This document shows, piece by piece, positions 46,852-57,080 of a stretch of DNA of 64,000 bases (within the stretch, counting starts at the first letter, position 1; each line of letters begins with the position of its first letter). A program made the position numbers and the translations under genes. Origin of the DNA: an uncultured bacterium. Its GTDB lineage: Bacteria; Patescibacteriota; Gracilibacteria; Absconditabacterales; Absconditicoccaceae. The stretch lies in NCBI GenBank assembly GCA_963552955.1, contig CAUVLQ010000007.1:1200-65199 (forward strand), read 5' to 3'. The notes under the pieces were generated by a model. The model was not told the DNA's origin and made no database searches. It saw only the letters and a list, made by a program, of their open reading frames with translations.

Positions 46852-47291
46852 TCAAATTTGCAATCTCAAAGACTTTGTCGCCTCCAATAAGGAGATAAGA
46901 GAGAGCATCACAGTTAAAAGAGTTGTTAGGTTGCGACTCTTTATATCTGCTTAGGCTAATACTGATGGTTAAGTACACAATTTTCTTAGTAGTAAAAATT
47001 CTGAGTGCAGTAATGATTGTACTTTGGATCCGGTTTAATCTTTCTGTGCTCCTACTGATTGGTGTGCCTTGTATCATTAGTATTGCTTGATCAGAATGAT
47101 GGTTGCCTCAACCAAAAAAGAGGCAGAGAACTTTATTTGTTAAGAATTACCTATGCAAATAAAGTTCATGTATAGAACTGAAGATTGAGATTATATCTTC
47201 AAGTTCTCAGGAGAATATGTGGGGTGCGTATTTGTACCGCCCCACAGAGTACAGAAATTCATCAAACTTTTAGGTCAATACTTGGTATAAG

Positions 47292-48314
47292 ATGAGAAAA
47301 CTCAAGGGACAAAAAGACCTTGTGAATTACTCAGCCAAGATAGCCTTAGAGTTTGGGAATGTAGCTCGTGCAATTCTCTACTCGCAGATTATCTATCGGC
47401 GAGATATTAAGCAAAGGTCTGAATTTTATAAGACAGACAAAGAACGATCTTTAGAGTTATGATTATGATTATCAGAAATCAAATATACAAAAAAACGGCT
47501 GAAAGATAACTGATATATCATAACTCAGCATAAAAGATTAGATCATTCCACAAGTTATATTGTGGAAGAAAATCAGCTCAATACCTTATTGATAAAGCTG
47601 TATTGAGAAACTTATCAGAACAGGGAGCATTGTCAAAATTGACTATCGGTAAAGTCAGAATTGGCTATCGGTAAAGTTAAATCTGACGATAGCGAAAGTC
47701 AAAATTGACTATCGGTAAAGTCAGAATTGACGTTCGATATAAGAACAGAAACTACAACAGAGATTACAACAGAGAGTGTAGAGAGAGTAGAGCAACCTCC
47801 ACCCACACAATTTGATAAAATCGAATTTGTTGGGAAAATGAGAGATGCAGAAAAAAGAGGAAGTGTTTATCTCTCGACCTGGAACAAAATCACTGGTAGA
47901 AATGATTTCCTTACTGAGGAGATTAAAAAGAAACTTTTCAATTTTTCAAATCTGAGTTTGCAAGATTTCGCTCTCAGAGCAGAAAAATTTGAAGTTATTA
48001 AATCGCTTATTCTAGCGAAAAAAATGGAAAAATATTTCTTCAGCAGGATTCGAGAGCGAGATTTTGGACAGTTTCTAGCAAAGTTTAACGACTTTTGAGG
48101 AACTGACGAGGAAATTGTTTCCAAACTCGCAATCTTTACTGAGGTTAAGAAAGCTTTGAGAATCCTTGCTACTCCTGAAGCTTCGCCAGTCCCAGAGCAA
48201 AAACCGCTGAGCGAAGAAGAGAAACAAGAACAAAAAGCAAAGCTAGAACAAGCAAAACAGCAACTTTTATCCAAGTTATCCATTTCTTATGACAACAACA
48301 CAATTAGCCACTAG
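47292..48314 (+). CDS. phage replication initiator / replisome-organizer-like protein containing internal iterons
   Basis: ATG 47292 is in frame with ORF 47727-48098 (only TGA between them) and ends at TAG 48312-48314, overlapping the recT start. N-terminal HTH-like NYSAKIALEFGNVARAILYSQIIY. Internal DNA repeats encode QN-G-LSVKSEL twice. Confidence 0.55.
47632..47729. repeat. iteron-like repeats (candidate replication origin) inside the initiator gene
   Basis: Perfect 32 bp direct repeat gtcaaaattgactatcggtaaagtcagaattg at 47632-47663 and 47698-47729. A third ctatcggtaaagt copy at 47665-47677. Inverted repeat gctatcg/cgatagc at 47664-47670 and 47687-47693. Confidence 0.7.
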
Positions 48315-49107
48315 AGACTTCTTTCAGAGGGAAGATGTCGTGCAGAAATTCCAAGAATTGCTTGGGAAAAGAGCAAGTTCGTTTTTAACCTCAGTTTTGT
48401 CAGTAGTAAGTCAGAACGATTCGCTCGCTAAAGCAGATCCAAAAACAGTATATATGGCTGCACTTACCTCAGCTACGCTTGATTTACCTATCAATCAGAA
48501 CTTAGGTTTTGCCTATATCGTACCATACAATGGGCAAGCACAATTCCAGATGGGGTATAAGGGGTTTATCCAGCTTGCATTGAGGTCAGGACAATTCCTC
48601 ACAATCTCAGCAGCTCCAGTGTATGAGGGGCAATTGATTGAGGAGAATCCTCTTACTTGATTTGTTTTTGATTGGAAGGCAAAAAAATCTGAAGTCGTGA
48701 TTGGATATGCTTCTTATTTCAAGCTTCTAAACTGATTTGAGAAGACTTTCTACATGACCAAAGCCGAAATTGAGAAGCATGCAAACAATTATTCAGCACA
48801 ATTCAGGAAGAGCCAAAGCGGACTTTGGAAAGATAAGTTTGACGAAATGGCGACAAAGACCGTGATTAAGCTTCTGCTTTCTAAATTTGCTCCACTTTCG
48901 GTTGAGATGCAAAAAGCAGTGATTGCAGACCAGGGGGTGTTGCAAGATGAGAATTTTGATAGCGTAGAATACCCAGACAACGATCAAAATGAGATCATTT
49001 CTGTTGATCTTGATGAACAGATGAGGGGAATGACCGCTACGAATGAAGTGAATAAAAATACCGTCACTGAGGAACAATCAGAAGCCGAAAAATCAAAATC
49101 ATTTTAA
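48289..49107 (+). CDS. recT: RecT-family single-strand annealing recombinase
   Basis: SFLTSVLSVVSQN, LDLPINQNLGFAYIVPY, FQMGYKGFIQLALRSGQ, IGYASYFKL, KTVIKLLLSKFAP. Two ORFs joined by TGA. Confidence 0.85.
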
Positions 49108-49126
49108 CCTTTAAGCACTAAAAATC

Positions 49127-50032
49127 ATGTGATACGTTGAAGATAACAGAGGCTACATTACCGCCTCGAAAATTAAGCTCTTCATGAAATCAAAGGAAGC
49201 TTATAAAAAAGTTTATGTAGATGAGGTAGATACCTCGTTTATCAAAGAATCTAAGAGCCTAGAGAATGGAACAATCGTTGATAGCTATATTCTCACTCCT
49301 CAGCAATTTGTTCAAGATTATGCAATCCTTGAGGGGACAAAAAAAGATGATCTTATCAGACAGTGCCTTGAACAGAATATCCCTGTAGAGAAATCTGATA
49401 AGGTTGATGATCTCAAGGCAAAACTCGTAGGGAATAAGCAAGTTTTGACTGATGGAGAAGTTGATATGGTGAAAGGCATTGAAGCTGAACTCAAGAGACA
49501 ACCACTCTTTGATTTCTTCGGAAGAACTGAGAATCAAAAAGAAATCATCGTTGAATACAAAGGCTTCAAACTCAAGGCAAAGATGGACCGCTTAGATCTT
49601 GAGAACAAAAAAATCAGAGACCTCAAGACAAGTAAAGATATTGAATACCGCCCAATGATTGATATGTCGCAGATGGAGTATAGCTTAATCAATTCAGACG
49701 AGTATCAGTATGGATTCCAGCTCTCATTCTATGCAGTCTTGTGTTATATTCAGTATTGAGAGTGGTTTGATGGAATTTTGGATTGTGTAAAGACGAGTGG
49801 AAACTATGCTTACGAGGCTTATTTTTACCACAAAGATACCCTCAAAAGAATTGCCAGCTCAATACTTTTCCCAGCTCTTGATGCGTTGATTACTTGCCAT
49901 CAGAAGAATAATTTTGAAGACTCTGAGGAAAGAAATTCTAGAGGGGAACTATTGAATGAGAGATACTATCCAATTCTGGACTCAGCAATCCAAAAGGACT
50001 TTAGAATCATAGAACCAGCTTTTATTTGCTAA
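49127..50032 (+). CDS. PD-(D/E)xK exonuclease (phage recombination exonuclease)
   Basis: Directly follows recT. KAKMDRLD ... IRDLKTSK forms a D...D/ExK motif. ATG 49127 is in frame with ORFs 49184-49759 and 49778-50032. Confidence 0.65.
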
Positions 50033-50044
50033 TTTTACAAGAAA

Positions 50045-51370
50045 ATGAGCCAAAAAATTGAATATATTGCTGTAAAAAACTTCAAGTGAATAAAAGAACT
50101 TGAAGTCAGCAACCTTTCTCGCTTCGTAGCTGTTTTCGGAAAAAACGGAGCTGGGAAAACCAGCTTTATCGAAGCCATCAAGTCAGCAATCAAAGCTGAT
50201 AAGTGAGTCAATTCTAAGGTTAGAATTGGAGAGGCGAAAGGCGAGATTGAGGTTAAATTTGAAGATTTCGTGATTAAGAGGATTGTTTGAGAGAATGGGA
50301 AACTTATTGTAGAGCATAATGGAGAACTCGTAGCTAAACCTCAAGCTTGGTTAGACTGAGTTTTTAAGGGGACGATTGGTGATCCGCAGAAGTTTATCAA
50401 CCTCCACAACAAGGAGAAAATCAAATATCTCCTTGAGACGCAAGGTAAAAAGCTCGAGTATGATGCTTTAGAAAAGCAAAGAGAAGTAAAATTTGAGGAG
50501 AGAACTAATCTTCATAGAACCTACCTCGCAAAAAAAGAAGAGGTAGATAAAACTGATACTTCTGCTTTTGAAGTCCTCGAGAATGCTATGGTTGATCCTA
50601 CCGCTCTCCAGAATCAACTTAAAGAAGCCGAGACCCACAACTCAGGTTGGCATGAACTCAAGGCAAGAGTAGAGAAGTGAGAAACGGTAATTGATCAGAC
50701 CAATTCGGAGATTAAGGCGATGATTGATGGTATTGAGAGCATAGATCGTCAGATCGAAATGCTCCAAAAAAAGAAAGCAGAAGCAGAAAAAAATCTGACT
50801 ACAAAGCAAGAGTTCCTTGATAACGCTTCTTGTCAATTGGCTGATTTGAGAGACAAATACGAGAATTTTGACAAGATTGATACAACCGAAATTCTTGCTC
50901 AGCTTGAAGCTCACAATCAATCGCTTGCAAAAAATGCAGAGATTAAAGCCAAAAAAGAGCTTTATACTCAGCAAGTGCAGGCGAGGAATGATTTACAGGC
51001 TCAGTGGAAAGAGCTTGATAATATGGTCAAGGAGATCGAACAAAAACAGAATGATCTCATCAAAGACCTTAATTTGAGCTATCAGCTCAAGTTGGAAGAG
51101 GGGATCATGTATGTATTTGTCCATGATAGCCGAATCCCACTTGATGAACTCAATACTGCTCAGCAGTTAGAAATCGGCGTTGATATTTGCCTCTCTTGAC
51201 CTAATGAGATCAAAATCATCACAATAGAGAATGCTAATGCTCTTGACCCCAATACTCTTGAGAGAGTAAGGGAAAAGATAGAATCCAACCAAGCACAATG
51301 CTTCTTAGAGACGGTATATAGCACAGGGTATGATGAGATAACTATTGAGGATTGAGAACTCAAGAACTAA
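50045..51370 (+). CDS. SMC/SbcC/RecF-like AAA ATPase with central coiled coil
   Basis: N-terminus IEYIAVKNFK-G-IKELEV...VAVFGKNGAGKTSFIEAI (Walker A). Long coiled coil. C-terminal ITIENANALD (Walker B-like). Confidence 0.7.
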
Positions 51371-51501
51371 TTCAGAATTTTATTCTTATTCAAAAGAATG
51401 ACCCACTGAATGATTATAACCTTAGTATTCTTGGTTATTTACATATATCTCATTCGGAAAATTCTCGATGAGAAGTAAAATTTTATTTATTATGTATTGA
51501 A

Positions 51502-52623
51502 ATGAAACTAAGCATAAAAAGAAAGGAGCTCCTCACTATGTTAGAGTTCGCAAAAAGATTTATTGAAAAACAATGAACATTGCCAGTCCTCAAGAATGTC
51601 TGTCTTAGAGCTAGTGAAGAGTGACTGAGATTGAGGACATCAGATATGGAGAAAGATTTTTCTGCTATTCTCAGAGAGGCAAAAGTCTCTGAAGAATGAG
51701 CGATTACGGTCAATGTAAACCAGCTCTACAACCTTCTCAAGAAAGACAAGAGTTATATGCTCCAACTAAGCAATAACGATGATGGTCTCGTAGTCCAATG
51801 AGACGAGCTCAAAAGCGTCCTCTATGGTATCCCTGCTGGAGAATATATCGCAGAGATTGATAGACCTGACTGTACGATCTCTTGTAGCACTTCACTACTC
51901 TTGGAGGCTATAGAGAAAGTGAGCTATGTGATCACGGAGAAAAGTTTCTCGCCTGTTCTTACAGGAATGTTGATCAAGCAAATAGATAACCTTGTGCATT
52001 TCGTTGGAACAGATAGTTTTAGGCTCGTGAGATATACCGCAAAAGCTGATCTTGGAGAGATTGAGGCAATTGTTCCAGTAGATGCACTCAAAGCCATAGC
52101 TCCTATTCTAAAATATGCGATCAGCATTGGAGCTACAAAAATAATGCTTTGAATAGATTATCAGAAGCTTTCAATCAGTATCTCAGGGGGAGATCAGGAG
52201 ATTGTAGTCACTACATTGCTGATTCAAGGGAATTATCCTAACTATGATAGAGAGGAGATTATTCCTACTAGTTATAGTGGATATATGACTGTTGATAGAC
52301 AAGAATTTTTGCAGAAATTACCTCAGATTATGGCTCTTACAACACCTTATCTCAACTATCCAGTAAAGCTTGAGGTAACGGATAATCAGCTTACACTATC
52401 AAGTGGAAAGACAGACAATGGAGAGCTGAATGCTACCTTATCTTGTCATTGTTTTGGACGGGTTGGGAACTTTTCAGTCAATGGTAGATACCTACTAGAC
52501 TTTATAAAAAATGACTCTTCTCCTCAGATTAAAATTGAGATAGTAGGAGGCGAAAAGCCGATCAGAATAACAGGTATGAATGACAATAATGTAGAGTATA
52601 TTGTCAGACCGCTTGTAAACTAA
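51502..52623 (+). CDS. DNA polymerase III beta sliding clamp-like protein (phage-encoded)
   Basis: 373 aa. LPVLKNVCLRA, SFSPVLTGMLI, FVGTDSFRL, LIQGNYPNY, FSVNGRYLLDF follow the DnaN domain pattern. Three frame-consistent ORF pieces. Confidence 0.8.
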
Positions 52624-52729
52624 TCTTGATCTATCAGGGCAACTCACCTAGCAGTTATGAAGTTCTGCTGGGTAAGATGCCCTTGATGGGCGGTATTAAA
52701 CTTTATTTTTATTTCTTATTTGTATTGAG

Positions 52730-52930
52730 ATGGAAACTTTTGAGACAAAAGAGATTCATGAGGATGATATTCCATACACTAGTGGTTGGGGATATGACTT
52801 ATTTGAATGAGGGTATTTAAAACCTGAGAATATTCTAAAGAACCAAGAGGATATTGATGAAGTCAATAATGCGATAAAGGTTCTTGAAAAATACAAGGCT
52901 ATATGGGATAAAAACAATTGGTATTTATAA
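52730..52930 (+). CDS. small hypothetical phage protein (66 aa)
   Basis: ATG 52730. One TGA. Acidic. Ends at TAA 52928-52930, just before the hairpin tctcccc/ggggaga. Confidence 0.35.
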
Positions 52931-52958
52931 TCAGCTTTCTCCCCTGATGGGGAGATAT

Positions 52959-53066
52959 GCAGAGGTGGCGGAATAGGTAGACGCTTTTGGGTAACGCATA
53001 ACTACAAGGGGAGATAGTGCCTGAGGAATCAGCCCCTATGCGAGGTGCAAATCCTCGCCCTCTGCT
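52959..53066 (+). ncRNA. aberrant 108-nt tRNA-like gene (Leu-type D-arm, oversized central region)
   Basis: Perfect acceptor GCAGAGG/CCTCTGC. D-arm GCGGAATAGGTAGACGC (Leu-like). T-arm (G)CGAGG-TGCAAAT-CCTCG(C). 56 nt in between do not fold into a normal anticodon arm plus variable arm. Confidence 0.5.
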
Positions 53067-53129
53067 CAATTTTGATTTCTACTTTTGTAGATTTGTATTA
53101 TTTTTACCTAGTCCTTTTAGACTAGGTGT

Positions 53130-53187
53130 GCAACAGTAGCTCATTGGTAGGGCGCTAGAGGTGTTGGTTCGATTCCAACCTGTTGCA
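53130..53187 (+). ncRNA. 58-nt tRNA-like gene lacking an anticodon arm
   Basis: Acceptor GCAACAG/CTGTTGC. D-arm GCTC-ATTGGTA-GGGC. T-arm GTTGG-TTCGATT-CCAAC. Only 9 nt (GCTAGAGGT) lie where the anticodon arm and variable loop should be. Confidence 0.5.
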
Positions 53188-53340
53188 ATTGATGATCGAC
53201 ACTAGTGTTATGTGGCGTGCACACTACATAATACTAAGGTTGTTCATTTTCGGAGGGGACGCCCTCCTGTATACAGAGGACGGCTAAGCCAAGAGAGCGA
53301 GTAAGCTCTCCCTCTGGAGATTTTAGATGAAAGTATCAGA

Positions 53341-53832
53341 ATGAAAAAAATACTAGACGTCTGCTGTGGTGGCCGCACCTTTCGGCGAGATAAGAATAAT
53401 CCACTAGCTGAGTATATGGACATAAGAAGAGAAGAAGCCTGATTTATCACTGCGAGACCTAACTTTGTTGTGGATCCAGACTTTGTGGCCGACTTCCGTG
53501 CTATCCCAAGACCCGACAATTCTTATAAGCTCGTAGTATTTGACCCTCCGCATTTAATTCATGCAGGAGAAAAATCTTGGCTGAAAGGTAAGTATGGTAA
53601 GCTTACCAAGGAGAGCTGGCCAGCCGATCTTAAGCAGTGATTCAGAGAGTGTATGAGAGTATTAGAGCCGTATGGAACTCTCGTATTCAAGTGGAACGAG
53701 AATCAAGTTAAGCTCCATGAAGTCCTCAGGGCTATAGACTATACTCCACTCTTCGGAACGAGGAGCGGTAGGAATGGAACGACAATACGACTAGTTTTTA
53801 TGAAGATACCAAAAGAAGAATGCAACCAATAA
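53341..53832 (+). CDS. small SAM-dependent DNA methyltransferase (DPPH motif)
   Basis: ILDVCCGG (motif I), LVVFDPPH (motif IV, DPPY-type). One TGA. Segment TF-CGG-CGA-DKNNP. GC-richer than its surroundings. Confidence 0.7.
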
Positions 53833-54839
53833 CAGTTCTCTCCCTCTTCGATGGGATGAGTTGTGGTAGATTAGCTCTAGAGAGAGCTGGAATACCTGTT
53901 GAGAATTATTGGGCTTGTGAGATTGATAAATATGCAGCCCAAGTAAGTCGTAATAATCGAGATGATGTGTTCCACCTATGAGACGTGAGCGATCTCAGCT
54001 GATGGGACTTCTCAGAGGATGTCTGTTGAGAACCAATTGATCTTCTCATCGGAGGAAGTCCTTGCCAGTGATTCAGCAATGCAGGTAAAGGGCTGAATTT
54101 TGAGGATTCTCGCTCAAAACTCTTCTTTGAGTTTGTTCGCATTCTTAATGAGGCGAAGCCGAGATGTTTCCTATTGGAGAATGTAAAAATGAAGAAGGAA
54201 TGGCAGAATATCATCTCAGAGAATCTATTCTGAATACAGCCAGTGGAGATTGATTCTGCTCTCGTCTCAGCTCAAAGGAGAAAAAGACTCTATCGAGTAG
54301 GGAAAAGGAATGAAGACTGATCATATTCTCAGGTTGTAGTTAATCAGCCAGAAGATAAAGGGATTTTGCTTAAAGATATTCTAGAGGACAAAGTTGAGGA
54401 ATCGTACTATATCAACCAAGAAAAAGTCCAGAATACGGATACTAAGCAGTCAAACTTTCTTAAGAAAATTTTGTTCAATATAAACCCTAGTGGTAAAGGT
54501 ATGAATGGCAATGTTTATAATCCTGAGCATAAAAGCCCAACGCTTACTACGAACAAAGGAGAATGAATTAAAATAATTCAGCTTCCTAGAGGCAAGAATA
54601 TCTGAGGGATTATAGACAGAAAAACACCTACTTTGTCAGCGAATTTGTGGCAACATAACAATCTACTACAGGAATGATACAGAGTAAGGAGACTCACGCC
54701 GATAGAATGCGAGAGGTTGCAGACATTGCCTGATGATTATACCACAGGAGTCAGCAACTCTCAGCGTTATAAGATGCTAGGGAATGGATGGACGATTGAT
54801 ATAATTGCCCATATCTTTAGGGAGATGTTCCACGATTAG
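53820..54839 (+). CDS. dcm: DNA (cytosine-5)-methyltransferase
   Basis: LSLFDGMSCG (I), GGSPCQ-G-FS (IV), LLENV (VI), QRRKR (VIII), TPIECERLQTLPDDYT, GNGWTI (X). Overlaps the upstream gene by 13 nt. Confidence 0.9.
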
Positions 54840-54922
54840 CTTTTCGGTATTACCGAAAAGGTCAGAGATGTACGAGAATTTCGTACAGCTGAAATCAGAT
54901 TTATTTATTATTATTTTTACAA

Positions 54923-55192
54923 ATGACAAGAGAAGAGAAGTTAGAAGCCATATACGATGAAATTGATAGAACTATTGTATTTTTTAATCAGTTTTGAGGT
55001 ATAGAATTTGATTGAGAATGAGATGATTATACATTCCTCCCAATTGTGATTGGTGATATTATGGAATACTTCAAAAATTCACGATGATATGTTGACTGTA
55101 TTATTGGGCTTTGGAATGATTACGCAAATCCCCTATATCTACAATCAGATGAGTGTATAGACTATGTTTATTCACTGATACCGAAATCATAA
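54923..55192 (+). CDS. hypothetical phage protein
   Basis: 89 codons, four TGA, frame checked to TAA 55190-55192. Confidence 0.4.
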
Positions 55193-55225
55193 GTCAGATT
55201 TTTTATCTTTTTTTTACGAAAGCAG

Positions 55226-55501
55226 ATGAATATAGAAGTAAAAACTCTCCCAAATGGACTAAGATACATACCAATGACAATGGTTGAAGCAATGAAAATT
55301 TTTTGATGATTGTGAATTTGTGATAATTGTAATTCAGGGAATTTTGGAAAATGAAACGCTTATATACCAGTTCTTAATAAATGGTATTGTAAAAAATGCT
55401 TTGAAGGATGGAAAAAAAGAGCAAAATTTTATCCTGATGATGTCAAATTTGAGGAAAACAACATTCAGTATGTCATTTCTGTAACTCAAAATAAATCTTA
55501 G
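55226..55501 (+). CDS. hypothetical phage protein with CxxC...CxxC (zinc-ribbon-like)
   Basis: ICDNCNSGN...WYCKKCFEG. 91 codons to TAG 55499-55501. Confidence 0.4.
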
Positions 55502-55550
55502 AGTAAACAAAAACGATAAATCAGAATTTTATTTCTTTATTAACTATAAG

Positions 55551-55943
55551 ATGAATGAAAATTTATTACAAAAACTAACTGAGGTAGGAGATAAGATTGT
55601 CACAGCTATTCAAACAGGACTCGACCAAGCGCCAGCGTATATTCAAGACTTAGCTCATAGGCGAGTATCTTTACAGTTATGGAAGAAATCTGTATCCTTG
55701 TTTATTTTGTTTGTTATATTCTGTCTTATTATATGGCGAGCCGTATACCTAATCAAGGCAGGAAGAGAAGAAAAGTGTGACTACGGAGACCCATCTGGAT
55801 ATTATGTAGGGGCATTCTTTGTTTTATTGATTCCTGGTACTATTCTTCTTATTTGTATCTATAGTGACATCTCTACTATCCTTTGATATTCTATGGTCCC
55901 AGAACTATATATTCTGCAGGATATTAAGCAGTTCTTGCAGTAG
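55551..55943 (+). CDS. hypothetical phage membrane protein (two TM helices)
   Basis: ORF 55551-55886 extended through TGA to TAG 55941-55943. TM helices SVSLFILFVIFCLII and VGAFFVLLIPGTILLICIY. Confidence 0.45.
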
Positions 55944-55975
55944 ATGATTTATTTTATCCTTTATGTAATTTAACA

Positions 55976-56344
55976 ATGCAAGAACTAGAAACCTTACTTA
56001 ACTCTCTTATACAGAGAGGGTGGAAACCGTTTAACTACATTTGAACAACTGAGAAAATAGAGGTAGGCGATAATTTTGAGATTGCTATAGTCTTTATAAC
56101 TTGAGAATTCTCCTATCATACCCTCCGTGATTTGGTAGTTCTCGAGAGCTGATTCTGGCAGTTTATATGTAGGAACAAACTATATAAAAATAACAAAGAA
56201 AAATTTTGGCAGAACGTGTCTAAGGTATCAGTCAATATCTGATGGTTTCCTCGTAATTATGAATACCGACTCCTAGAATCAGCACTGATTCCTGAGGAGG
56301 AACTGGGACAGTTTTTAGTTGATAATATTAAAATACAATGATAG
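55976..56344 (+). CDS. hypothetical phage protein
   Basis: 122 codons, five TGA, frame checked to TAG 56342-56344. Confidence 0.4.
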
Positions 56345-56479
56345 CAAACCAAATACTATGAACATTTGTATGAGTTACATTATGCTTATTTATGTATTCA
56401 CTAGCAACAGAAGATAGGGCTTGAATATTTGCAACTACAATTGCCTTGGTTGTACTTATAATTACTTACATTATTGTCA

Positions 56480-56695
56480 ATGGCAATGGAGGAATTTAAG
56501 GTATGAGATAAGGTAAGATACACTCAAGACTACCTCGATCAGCGAGAGCTTGTAGTTGGGATACCCTATCCGTTTCAGGATACCTATACCATCAAGGAGC
56601 AGCTTACAGCAATCTCCTACTTGGCAGACTGAGAGAAGCCTGAGCATAGGGGGAGAATAGTCCATCCTCGAGGGATGGAGAAAATAGAAGAATAA
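56480..56695 (+). CDS. hypothetical phage protein
   Basis: 71 codons, two TGA, two CGA, frame checked to TAA 56693-56695. Confidence 0.35.
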
Positions 56696-56726
56696 TTCTG
56701 ACTTTTATTTACTTTCTATACTTAGA

Positions 56727-56954
56727 ATGAAATTAAGAATTGTCCAACTTCCCACTGGAGAATACGAAGTTCAGAAATTCTATGATAACAAAAAAGATTC
56801 TCCTTATTGGGCTCACTACTACCATAAAGAACCTTGATGACCTTTCCCGATGCCTGACCCAAATCAATCAAGATTTTTTACTCTAAAAGCAGCAGAAGCG
56901 TTTATTAAAATGCTTTTAGAAAAACTGAAGATTGTAAAGGAATTTGAAATTTAA
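56727..56954 (+). CDS. hypothetical phage protein
   Basis: 75 codons, MKLRIVQLPTGEYEVQKFYD..., two adjacent TGA (KEP-GG-PFP). Confidence 0.4.
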
Positions 56955-57080
56955 AAAATCTGATTTGTCGCCTTCAAGTATCTAAAAACTCTTAAGGGTT
57001 GACTTTCTAAAAGATAAGAGTATAAGAAAACCACTATATTGATTTTCCAGTGGTTTTTTATTTTTATTTTCAAAATACTC

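Noticed and set aside
46637-47077. 146 aa minus-strand ORF next to tRNA-Val, considered as a possible integrase or repressor
   Set aside because: Its composition (S/T/C/R-rich) is unlike any local protein. It ends only at a TGA inside the tRNA, so under table 25 it would read through the tRNA and the terminator. It carries no recombinase motifs.
47867-48283. 138 aa minus-strand ORF
   Set aside because: It is antisense to the better-supported initiator gene, and its Cys/Ser/Phe-rich translation is not protein-like.
53244-54214. Minus-strand ORFs 53244-53519 and 53906-54214
   Set aside because: They are antisense to the two methyltransferase genes, which carry complete catalytic motif sets. 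The open antisense frames reflect the locally higher GC content.
56392-56499. 35-codon hydrophobic ORF (MYSLATEDRA-G-IFATTIALVVLIITYIIV...) as a holin-like gene
   Set aside because: It is too short, overlaps the next gene start, and has no supporting signal. It is left unannotated.
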